A stretch of 20,000 nucleotides of DNA. Source: an uncultured virus (IMG/VR IMGVR_UViG_3300034279_000829) (lineage: Duplodnaviria; Heunggongvirae; Uroviricota; Caudoviricetes). Shown here one piece after another: positions 7,566 through 14,555 of this stretch (positions within the stretch are counted from its first letter, which is position 1; each line of letters opens with the position of its first letter). The stretch lies in IMG/VR virus record IMGVR_UViG_3300034279_000829; one strand, 5' to 3'. The notes beneath the pieces are model-generated. The model was not told the origin of the DNA. It saw only the letters and a program-made list of their open reading frames with translations, and made no database searches. The translations under genes and the position numbers were made by a program.

Positions 7566-8494
7566 GTTTGCAGTAACCCCACTGCGCCGTAGTCGGGCAG
7601 CTTCTGAGGAGGGAATCCATCCACGTTTCCATACGCCCAGCAGTCACCGTCAGTGACACACACTGCCCAGTCCTGCGCCGTGGTGACGATCATGCCGGGC
7701 ACTTGTTCTGGGAATGAGGACGGCCAGTCTTTCACTGGCTGATTCCACGGCCCCCAAGAATTCTGGATAAAGAAAACCGTGAACGGCCAGAACTCTTTCG
7801 TATCGTCGTAGCCTACGGTGGCCATGTCATGCGCCCAGCCACCGGGCAGGCGAGCGTGGATGTTCTGCGAGTTGGGTGACCCAGCCCACTTGGCGTACTG
7901 GCCTGAGTGGATTCCATACCCATTGGCCAGCGCATCGATGGCATCACGCACAGTGGTGATCTGTCGGATGATGCCGACCTTGTTCTCACGGCAGAGGTCC
8001 GCCACATCGCGCGGCACACCGCCGGCACCCCACTTGGCGCCGATGGACCCGTCGTACTTCATAAGATTAACGGGGTCGTATTTCTTACGGATGAGGAACC
8101 CTACCTCATGCTCAAAGGCTGATGCACTGGCCGGCACCATGCCTTCGCCGCTGTGACCACGCGCCCCGTACGTTGGCTCCGTTGCGCCGCGCGTGATGAA
8201 AGACTCTGGCTTCTGCTGTAGCAGCACCTGCACAGCACGGGTGCAATCGCGGGCGTTCCGACTACCGTGTGAGACGCAGTCGCCAGTGGTCTGCACTTCG
8301 GTAAACGAAAGCGGGTCCAGCTTGCGCACGTACTGCCAGAGCAGGGCACGCTTGCCCTCGCCGCTGCCCATGTGGTTCGGCTCAGAGTAGATGGGCTTGC
8401 GCTGCGATTCCTGCCAGCGAACCCTGTCCCTGGGGCTGTCGATCCAGCCCGTCAGTCCCTCGTCGTATGCCTTGAGCGGGATGAAGTCACTCAC
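7562..8494 (-). CDS. Papain-like cysteine peptidase (C1 family)
   Basis: QTTGDCVSHG (oxyanion Gln, catalytic Cys), WAHDMATVGYDD (His), FFIQNSWG (Asn). Confidence 0.88.
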   Translation of the reverse strand: MSDFIPLKAYDEGLTGWIDSPRDRVRWQESQRKPIYSEPNHMGSGEGKRALLWQYVRKLDPLSFTEVQTTGDCVSHGSRNARDCTRAVQVLLQQKPESFITRGATEPTYGARGHSGEGMVPASASAFEHEVGFLIRKKYDPVNLMKYDGSIGAKWGAGGVPRDVADLCRENKVGIIRQITTVRDAIDALANGYGIHSGQYAKWAGSPNSQNIHARLPGGWAHDMATVGYDDTKEFWPFTVFFIQNSWGPWNQPVKDWPSSFPEQVPGMIVTTAQDWAVCVTDGDCWAYGNVDGFPPQKLPDYGAVGLLQT

Positions 8495-8876
8495 TTTGCT
8501 TTGCGACCTCCCGGCAGGCGGCGTCGATCTTCTGCGCCAGCTGCCCGCTCATGGCCACATCGTCCAGCGAGAAGTGATCGGCCAGGACTTTCTCAACAGC
8601 AAGGTCAAGGCCCGGGTATTTCCCGCGCATGTCCTTTGCCGCCCAGCGCAGGCACTCGCTGTGCCACTCCCGCCACTTGCCAACGGTGCTGATCTTCGCG
8701 CCGTTGTCTTCACTGGTCTTGTCGGCCAGTGCGGTGTAGGTGCCACGCAGGGTGGCCCGATCAGAGCGGGATGCCTTGGCCATCGCTTCGGCCACCGGGC
8801 CAGTGCCGGCCTGCTTGACGGGCACAAACGTCAGGGCCGCCACCACCACGGCCAGTGCAACTGGGAGATGCTTCAT
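8487..8876 (-). CDS. Putative exported/anchored protein
   Basis: MKHLPVALAVVVAALTFVP is signal-like. Helical body of 129 aa. ATGA coupling. Confidence 0.7.
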   Translation of the reverse strand: MKHLPVALAVVVAALTFVPVKQAGTGPVAEAMAKASRSDRATLRGTYTALADKTSEDNGAKISTVGKWREWHSECLRWAAKDMRGKYPGLDLAVEKVLADHFSLDDVAMSGQLAQKIDAACREVAKQSE

Positions 8877-9094
8877 GGCTTCACCTGCAGCAGGGCTTGG
8901 AGGAGGGTGTTGCATGCGGAGATGATGGCCGCATCGGTGTATGCCTCTCGCACAGCGACCACGGCTTCGATCTGCTTGAGGACCGGGGGCTTGGGCTTGC
9001 CAGAGACAGGGAGCTTGAGTGCATGGAGGGGGAGGTAGGTGAGAGCGACTGCTGCCAGTACAGCGGCAAGTGCCAGCATCTGAACGGTTGTCAT
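8873..9094 (-). CDS. Small membrane protein
   Basis: MTTVQMLALAAVLAAVALTYLPL TM segment plus a Pro-rich linker. ATGA overlaps at both ends. Confidence 0.7.
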   Translation of the reverse strand: MTTVQMLALAAVLAAVALTYLPLHALKLPVSGKPKPPVLKQIEAVVAVREAYTDAAIISACNTLLQALLQVKP

Positions 9095-10032
9095 AGGATC
9101 TTGGCTCCGGGGATGAAGATGGTGACGCCACCAATGTTTGCCTGCATGGTGAAGTTCATCAGCTTGTGCGGATCGACCAGACCCCAGCCGTAGACGTTGT
9201 CCCGGCCTTGCTCGCCAACGTCCTTGCATGTGGTGGCCAGTGCCTGCATCACATCGGAGTGGTTGACCGAGCGGTCCAGCTTGTGCTGGGCGCTGATGTA
9301 CAAAGCCAGCACACCGCTGACGAACGGGGCGGCCATGCTCGTCCCGCTCACCGTGGCGTAGCCACCTGACAACCAGCAGCTGGTGATGTCCTGGCCGGGG
9401 GCGGCGACCGCGATCTCCTTGCCGCGGCTGGAGAACTCGCACGCACTGCCGTGGCTATCGACCGCACCAACCGCCACGGTTTCTTTGTAGGCAGCAGGGT
9501 AGTTCACGGCGCCGCCGTCGTTGCCGGCTGCGCACACCACCACAATTCCCGCTTCGTACGCCTCGCGGATGGCGCTGTGAACGCCATCGTCTGTGCGGCT
9601 GGAGCCAAGGGACATGGAGATGACCTGCACCTTGGCTTCGATGGCATGACGCACGGCGCTGGCCACCCACTCGTTGGACCCCATGCCGCTATGGCCCAAG
9701 ACTTTCAGCGACAGGATCTTGGAGGCCGGGGCTATGCCCTTCGCCAAGCCCTTGCGGGCGGCGATGATGCCGCTCACATGGGTGCCATGGCCCAGCGTGT
9801 CATGCGCGTCGGAGTCGGAGGTGAAGTTGCGGTAGTCCACCACCGCTTCATCTAGGGCAGGGTGCTTGGCAACCCCGCTGTCGATGACCGCTACCGTGAC
9901 CCCTTCACCCTCCGACTTCTGCCACAGAGAGGGGATCCCGTATGAGCAGACTCCCCAATCCACTCCGTGCTGGAGGGCGCGCGGGGCGTCAAGATTGACC
10001 CGGTAGGGTGGGAGGTGGACGAATCCGCTCAC
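9091..10032 (-). CDS. Subtilisin-like serine protease (S8), intracellular type
   Basis: Catalytic triad motifs VAVIDSGV, HGTHVSGII and GTSMAAPFVSG. Oxyanion AAGN. GTG start overlaps the upstream TGA. No signal peptide. Confidence 0.95.
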   Translation of the reverse strand: MSGFVHLPPYRVNLDAPRALQHGVDWGVCSYGIPSLWQKSEGEGVTVAVIDSGVAKHPALDEAVVDYRNFTSDSDAHDTLGHGTHVSGIIAARKGLAKGIAPASKILSLKVLGHSGMGSNEWVASAVRHAIEAKVQVISMSLGSSRTDDGVHSAIREAYEAGIVVVCAAGNDGGAVNYPAAYKETVAVGAVDSHGSACEFSSRGKEIAVAAPGQDITSCWLSGGYATVSGTSMAAPFVSGVLALYISAQHKLDRSVNHSDVMQALATTCKDVGEQGRDNVYGWGLVDPHKLMNFTMQANIGGVTIFIPGAKIL

Positions 10033-10385
10033 GCATCCTTCCCGGCAGCAAGGGCCTTGAGGATGCTGATGACGATGGGCAGGACCACTTCGACCAGCAG
10101 CTTCCAGTCCACTCCCAGCGCAGAGACTTCAGCGCCGGCCTGAAATGCAAGGGCTTCGTAGTCCTGCTCCTCAAAGTCCGCGTCTCGGAATCTGCTGACA
10201 GTCAGAGCCTTGGGGCCAACGGCCTGCGACTCAAGGATCGGGATGATAATTCGCGCGATGGAATCCACCAGCGCCCACTGCTCCACGTAGGGCAGGTCTT
10301 TCCGCCAGGATTTGGCGATCTCCACCACCTTGAGCAGCGCCGCCTGGTTGGCGAGCAGAAACTTAACGACCTTCAGGTTCACCAT
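10029..10385 (-). CDS. Amphipathic/hydrophobic helical protein
   Basis: GGAG RBS. MVNLKVVKFLL... with C-terminal VDWKLLVEVVLPIVISILKALAAG. Coupled to S8. Confidence 0.7.
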   Translation of the reverse strand: MVNLKVVKFLLANQAALLKVVEIAKSWRKDLPYVEQWALVDSIARIIIPILESQAVGPKALTVSRFRDADFEEQDYEALAFQAGAEVSALGVDWKLLVEVVLPIVISILKALAAGKDA

Positions 10386-10764
10386 GAGCTTCTCCCAGTG
10401 CGTCATTGAGGGCGATGGCCACAATGGCGTGGCCGGCGATGTCAGCAAGCGTCTCTCTAATAGCTAGTGTCCGATCCGAGCCGATCATCCCCCGGAGCCG
10501 GCGGCACTTCTCCCCGATCCTGGCCAGCTGGTAGACCCACGGCTCAATCCCCTCATCCTGGACGCCTAGCGCGTTCTCTAACGGGCTTTCTTCGGCGCAC
10601 CCGTAGTACCCCCGCTTCCGGCTCAGGAGCCGCCAGAGCGCAAGGCAGACGGGGAAATAGGGATCGTCGGCCAGCAGGTTCTGCGCCTCACCAAGTGCGC
10701 TCTCGGCACGCCTTGACGAGTCTTCCGTATTCGGCCCAGAAACTAGGGTGGTGGTAGGGGTCAT
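10363..10764 (-). CDS. DUF1599 / nucleotide-modification-associated domain 1 (Nmad1)-like protein
   Basis: Pattern RKRGYYG...N...ARIGEKCRRL...IRETLADIAGHAI matches K..DYG...R..DK..RL...DT..D.A.Y. GAGGAGG RBS before ATG 10764. Confidence 0.65.
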   Translation of the reverse strand: MTPTTTLVSGPNTEDSSRRAESALGEAQNLLADDPYFPVCLALWRLLSRKRGYYGCAEESPLENALGVQDEGIEPWVYQLARIGEKCRRLRGMIGSDRTLAIRETLADIAGHAIVAIALNDALGEAHGEPEGR

Positions 10765-11041
10765 CGTTGTCCAGTTCCTCCTCGTCGCAAAGAAATGCAG
10801 TACGGGCATGCGCCCACTCCTCACAGAAAGTCTCAACAATTGCGTCCCGGTCCAGGCTGTCGCGCAGGGCAATCACCCCGCGGTCGGCATCGTCGTTGAG
10901 CAGGAAGTAGCCCAGGTGTTCCGGCATCTTGCTGGCTGGCCGGATGCACACCCGAATCGGGAACATCAGCGGGAACCGATCCTCCGCCCACCGCTTCAGC
11001 TTGCGGGCCAGCTTGCGCCTCCAGCAGGAATCTCGGGGCAT
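10688..11041 (-). CDS. Zincin-like (SprT/IrrE-like) protein with variant EExxH motif
   Basis: LGYF...IALR...ETFCEEWAHA...HHPSFWAEYG follows the zincin layout, but the first His is Glu. Confidence 0.6.
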   Translation of the reverse strand: MPRDSCWRRKLARKLKRWAEDRFPLMFPIRVCIRPASKMPEHLGYFLLNDDADRGVIALRDSLDRDAIVETFCEEWAHARTAFLCDEEELDNDDPYHHPSFWAEYGRLVKACRERTW

Positions 11042-11327
11042 CGCGCAACTCCATGATCAGTAGCCAAGGCTGGTTGTTCCGGCGATGCAGAACGACAGGG
11101 CATTTCCCCTGCCCGTCCCGGCTAGCCTGGGCCAGCCATTCGTAGGGGTTGCCGCGCTCGCACCGCTTCACCTCTAGGTGAATGCCCGGGTAGCTACTGA
11201 CCACATCCGGGGAGTCGTTTCCCCCGGCGAATTGCTGGCCGCGTCTTGCCTGGCCGCCCATGATCTCGGCCCACGCCTTGGCGGCTTCCCGTTCCCCGCG
11301 GCATCCCTTGGCTCTGCTCTGGGTCAT
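10833..11327 (-). CDS. Phage Holliday junction resolvase (Hjc-like PD-(D/E)XK)
   Basis: SRAKG-RGEREA, RRGQQFAGG-DSPDV, HLEVKR, QA-RD, PVVLHRRN-PWL. Confidence 0.82.
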   Translation of the reverse strand: MTQSRAKGCRGEREAAKAWAEIMGGQARRGQQFAGGNDSPDVVSSYPGIHLEVKRCERGNPYEWLAQASRDGQGKCPVVLHRRNNQPWLLIMELRDAPRFLLEAQAGPQAEAVGGGSVPADVPDSGVHPASQQDAGTPGLLPAQRRCRPRGDCPARQPGPGRNC

Positions 11328-11572
11328 TCCTCCCACCTCGCGATTAGGCCATTGGAATGGCGGGCCTCAACCAATGAGAGTGAGGGGAACTGTTCGACCA
11401 GTAGCTTGATCGCGTCCATGGCGATCCGCTGCTTGTCGATGGACCGTTCGTTCTGGTTCACCCACCGGCCGAGCCGGCCGCCCATGTTCAGGTCGGTGTT
11501 CGACCCAAGGGGTTTCCAGTAAATCAAAAAAGTGTAGCTGCTCGTCCTGAGCATGGTTCCGGTCAGCATCAT
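11324..11572 (-). CDS. Hypothetical protein (apparent paralog of 14259-14555)
   Basis: ATGA overlaps on both sides. Shares a motif pattern with 14259-14555. Confidence 0.65.
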   Translation of the reverse strand: MMLTGTMLRTSSYTFLIYWKPLGSNTDLNMGGRLGRWVNQNERSIDKQRIAMDAIKLLVEQFPSLSLVEARHSNGLIARWEE

Positions 11573-11940
11573 CGCGGCTCCGGTGCGTGCATCATGGCTT
11601 CGATAACATCGCAGTAGTGGTACGGGTCATCTTCCGCAGACCCCACCTCAATCAGATAGTCGCTCAGCCTCTCGCCCGTGCTGATGTCGCCCAAGTCTCC
11701 AAGCAGGCGGCCGTACTGATCGCGGACCCAGTCGAACGCAATGAGGTGCAGTCGGTCGGCGTCGGCGTGAAGCTCCACCCAGTCGATGATGTCTGTGACC
11801 GCGCGCTTCTTGCAGCGCACGCCGCACAGCCGCACGTACACAGCGACCATGCTGGCCAGCTGCGGGGCGGAGCAGCGGATCAGAATAGTATCACCCCTAG
11901 TAACGCGGATGACTTTGGCTACGGTGATCGGGCAGTCCAT
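11569..11940 (-). CDS. Staphylococcal nuclease (SNase/thermonuclease)-like protein, degenerate
   Basis: VIRVTRGDTI, VRLCGV, RDQYGRLLG, LSDYLIEVGSA follow the SNase pattern V.RV.DGDT..VRL.GID..D.YGR.L..L...G.A. Confidence 0.72.
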   Translation of the reverse strand: MDCPITVAKVIRVTRGDTILIRCSAPQLASMVAVYVRLCGVRCKKRAVTDIIDWVELHADADRLHLIAFDWVRDQYGRLLGDLGDISTGERLSDYLIEVGSAEDDPYHYCDVIEAMMHAPEPR

Positions 11941-12317
11941 GATGTTACGTTGGCCTGGCGTTCGCGGAGGTAGTAATCCGGCAGCGGTTCCGGGTCGTAG
12001 CCCAAGTGCTTCTTGTGCTTTAGAGAGGCGAGGAACTGAGGGTCGTAGTTGTCGGGGTCGCACTCTTGCTTGACGCCGAGCAGTATACGCTTGTCCAGGT
12101 CGGCGCGTCCACTGTAAATCTTGCCGCTGTGGTACACGCCATGGCAGTGTGAGCAGAGGCGCAGGTAATTGCGGATGTCATGCTTTCGCCCGGCGCCACC
12201 GATCAGATGGTGAACCTCCAGGCTGCGGCGACCATCGGACTCAGGCCACCAGCACACCGCACAGCAGCGGTGCTGCTCAACCCACGCCAGCAATTCCTTT
12301 TGCTCAGCCTTGTTCAT
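11919..12317 (-). CDS. HNH endonuclease
   Basis: CAVC...LEVHHLIGG...RNYLRLCSHCHGVYH. Confidence 0.85.
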   Translation of the reverse strand: MNKAEQKELLAWVEQHRCCAVCWWPESDGRRSLEVHHLIGGAGRKHDIRNYLRLCSHCHGVYHSGKIYSGRADLDKRILLGVKQECDPDNYDPQFLASLKHKKHLGYDPEPLPDYYLRERQANVTSWTARSP

Positions 12318-12582
12318 TCCGCAGAGTATACGGCTGTGCAGCTTCCAGCGCAACAGCTTGTCGGATCCACAGGTCCATGTCGTACCGCTCAGGATGGCAC
12401 AGAGAGCACAGCTGCGTCGGCGGCTCGCTGAAGAACCTGTAGGTCTTGTTGCTCTGCACCAGGCTCGTTGACCACATCCGGCACACCGTATCGGCGCCAG
12501 TCCACAGGTGCGACTTACCGTTGACCAACCCCAAGCTGTTGACTCGGACCAAGAACCCCTTGTGCTTTGGCATAGCTCTCAT
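12304..12582 (-). CDS. Hypothetical protein, possible Zn-binding (H-C-CxxC)
   Basis: KSHLWTGADTVCRMWST...LCSLCH. Start at 12582 or 12573. Confidence 0.6.
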   Translation of the reverse strand: MRAMPKHKGFLVRVNSLGLVNGKSHLWTGADTVCRMWSTSLVQSNKTYRFFSEPPTQLCSLCHPERYDMDLWIRQAVALEAAQPYTLRNEQG

Positions 12583-12932
12583 TGAAACCCCCAGTCTATT
12601 CGGCGCGGTGAGACAGACCGACTCCCTGCAAACGCTGCAGGAAGCCGGCAAAGTCTATTCGGCTGGAGCCGACAGACCTCTACCCCAAGTGTGACTTTGG
12701 TGACGCAGTTCTCTTGGTTCAACCCTGACACTGCGCTGCGATTGGCCTGAGCCTTGGTTGAGTCGGAGTCGGCAGAACTCAACCGTTACCGCAGAGAATC
12801 CCATTCATCCGCTGGATTTCCTTTCGGCGTGTCGCAGCGGGGTTGCCCCCTCTTGTCTCACCCATTCCATGGGCATGTCGGCGGGGGGCCGATCTTCAGG
12901 CCGGTTGCCTTCCAGTGGCTATGTGTGCAGAG
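12583..12932 (-). ncRNA. Candidate ~350-nt structured non-coding RNA (alternatively a structured origin)
   Basis: This is the only large gap in the tightly packed operon. It has at least 8 hairpins. G-U pairs and GNRA tetraloops form only on the minus strand, and a 27-nt element is duplicated. Confidence 0.55.
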
Positions 12933-13079
12933 TTATTTGCTGGCCATCATCCAGAGTCCAACATTGGCAGCGGCGTACGCAGCGTAAGTGATTGCCATGC
13001 CTACGTTTCCGTGAAGCGATTGCTCAAAGGACACGTACAAGTAAATGACCCCAGTGATGATGATCAGTGTGCCGCTCAT
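12933..13079 (-). CDS. 48-aa two-TM membrane protein
   Basis: MSGTLIIITGVIYLYVSFEQ...GMAITYAAYAAANVGLW. GGAG RBS and ATGA overlap. Confidence 0.75.
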   Translation of the reverse strand: MSGTLIIITGVIYLYVSFEQSLHGNVGMAITYAAYAAANVGLWMMASK

Positions 13080-13243
13080 CGCTTCTCCAGTGCGGCCTTG
13101 AGCCGGGCGATGATATTTGATTGAACCTTGGCTCGCCACAGAGTTCGCTCTAGTTCTCTAGCGGCCTCGCGGATCAGCGGCCGGGCGGCGTCCATCAGTG
13201 CGTAGTGCGAGGCTTCTCGCAGCCTGTCGGGTAGGTTGTTCAT
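13076..13243 (-). CDS. 55-aa hypothetical phage protein (not in ORF track)
   Basis: MNNLPDRLREASHYALMDAARPLIREAARELERTLWRAKVQSNIIARLKAALEKR*. ATGA overlaps at both ends. Resembles the common RLR...EAA.EIERL phage family. Confidence 0.75.
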   Translation of the reverse strand: MNNLPDRLREASHYALMDAARPLIREAARELERTLWRAKVQSNIIARLKAALEKR

Positions 13244-13581
13244 TTCGTCCTCTCTAGTAGCGAGCGGAGCGTGGCGGCTGCATTCGCATCGCCTTCTCTC
13301 GGTGAACGGTGGAACGCTGCGAAATACTCAAGCGCCTCCCGCTCCTCGTCGGTGAGAGTGGGTCTGGTAACCTCAACTACCAGCGCAGCGACCAGACACT
13401 CAACGTGATCCGTGCGACACCCTTCGTAATGAGTGCGGGCCACACGGCGCGTGGCCATGTCCAGCAGAAAATCGTTGGCGTCGGTGATCAGATCGAACGT
13501 ATTAGAAACACCTCGTTCTGCGGGTGTTTTCTCATATGATTCGGCGGCGTACTCTCGCGCTTGGGCGTCTCGCTTAGTCAT
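13240..13581 (-). CDS. Hypothetical phage protein
   Basis: 113 aa with THYEGC..DHVEC and C-terminal LTDEEREAL...AATLRSLLER motifs. Confidence 0.75.
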   Translation of the reverse strand: MTKRDAQAREYAAESYEKTPAERGVSNTFDLITDANDFLLDMATRRVARTHYEGCRTDHVECLVAALVVEVTRPTLTDEEREALEYFAAFHRSPREGDANAAATLRSLLERTK

Positions 13582-13595
13582 CGTTCCAGATCCAG

Positions 13596-13666
13596 AAAAT
13601 AGAAAGCCACCCGGCAGGTGTGGGGCGACACGGTTTATCAGTCCGCTGCCCGCCTGCCGGGTGGCT
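13596..13666 (-). terminator. Long inverted repeat / possible intrinsic terminator
   Basis: Perfect 14-bp IR AGCCACCCGGCAGG (13605-13618) / CCTGCCGGGTGGCT (13653-13666). On the minus strand it is followed by TTCTATTTTC. Confidence 0.55.
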
Positions 13667-13671
13667 GGGTG

Positions 13672-13968
13672 TCACCAGTAGCGAACGCAAGCAAACCAGC
13701 CTCGGGCACCGCGGGACACTGCGACTTCCTTCACCTTCCGCTGGCCCCAGTAGCATGAGGCGCGGCAAGCCGCATCGGCACTGACCGTGGAGAAGCCGAT
13801 CCCTTCGTAGCCCTGGCCACCCCGGTGTCGGAGGATGCCAGTGCGGGCCATCTCGTTGGCATCGTCTTGAGCGGAGCGGTAGACGGTGACCGTCCGCGTG
13901 CGGTAGCTGCTGTCAGCGTGGGCAGTAGCGGCAGTGAGGAACAGGGCAAGGGCAACAAAGTAACGCAT
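13672..13968 (-). CDS. Secreted protein with minimal CAP/SCP-like domain
   Basis: Signal peptide MRYFVALALFLTAATAHA. SAQ..A..MA..G...H...EGIG...EVAV..G..GWFACVRY resembles the CAP fold. AAGGA RBS. Confidence 0.65.
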   Translation of the reverse strand: MRYFVALALFLTAATAHADSSYRTRTVTVYRSAQDDANEMARTGILRHRGGQGYEGIGFSTVSADAACRASCYWGQRKVKEVAVSRGARGWFACVRYW

Positions 13969-14025
13969 ACGAATCCTTTCGTTACGAACCATCCATCCAT
14001 CCGGAACCGCTCCGGAGTGGTTGTA

Positions 14026-14262
14026 CTATTCGGGAGCGCGCTCCGCTTTATCCATGATCGCTTTAGCTTCCTCGCGATCAAAGCTGTGAGTCACGTAAAT
14101 CATGTCAACGACGCTGGGGTAATGCTTCAGCAGGCGCCGCGCCTCATCCCGCACGGGGCCGGGAATCTTCTTAATGCCGGCCGGCACGTAGGGGTTGGAT
14201 AGGCGCAGCAGGAACTCCCCGGCATTGACCACCGCACGGGTGCGCTCGCTGGGCAGGGTCAT
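14026..14262 (-). CDS. BPSL0761-family-like small protein
   Basis: MTLPSERTRAV...FL..L...VRDEARRLLKHYP signature. Confidence 0.75.
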   Translation of the reverse strand: MTLPSERTRAVVNAGEFLLRLSNPYVPAGIKKIPGPVRDEARRLLKHYPSVVDMIYVTHSFDREEAKAIMDKAERAPE

Positions 14263-14555
14263 GTCCACCTCGGGTAAATAATAACACCATTAGTGCGACT
14301 GCCATTCATCACTTCCACCGCTACGATTCGGGGGAAGTCCTTGGTCAACATCTCGGCCGTGTCGATCATCGCTTGGCTATCAATCACCTGCCGGTTGGCC
14401 TGCACATAGGTGTTAATAGTCACATAGTCTTCTTGGTCATTCGGCCCGTGCTTGTCCCGCTCCACCCACGCTCGGATGTTGGTACTCAGCGTGCGGAACG
14501 AGAGGATGTTTTCGTACAGGCGCTGCGGCCGGGAGAACATGGGGAGGAAGCTCAT
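14259..14555 (-). CDS. Hypothetical protein (apparent paralog of 11324-11572)
   Basis: ATGA overlaps, 98 aa. Confidence 0.7.
   Translation of the reverse strand: MSFLPMFSRPQRLYENILSFRTLSTNIRAWVERDKHGPNDQEDYVTINTYVQANRQVIDSQAMIDTAEMLTKDFPRIVAVEVMNGSRTNGVIIYPRWT

Noticed and set aside
12579..12782. 67-aa ORF within the structured gap
   Set aside because: TTG start one codon after an in-frame stop, no RBS, no recognisable motif, and it covers only part of the gap. Its stop does overlap the next ATG, so it is not fully excluded.
11919..12932. IscB/OMEGA or group I intron assignment for RNA + HNH
   Set aside because: The HNH is 132 aa with no RuvC or PLMP motifs. No interrupted host gene or recognisable intron core was seen. 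It is kept only as an unassigned RNA candidate.
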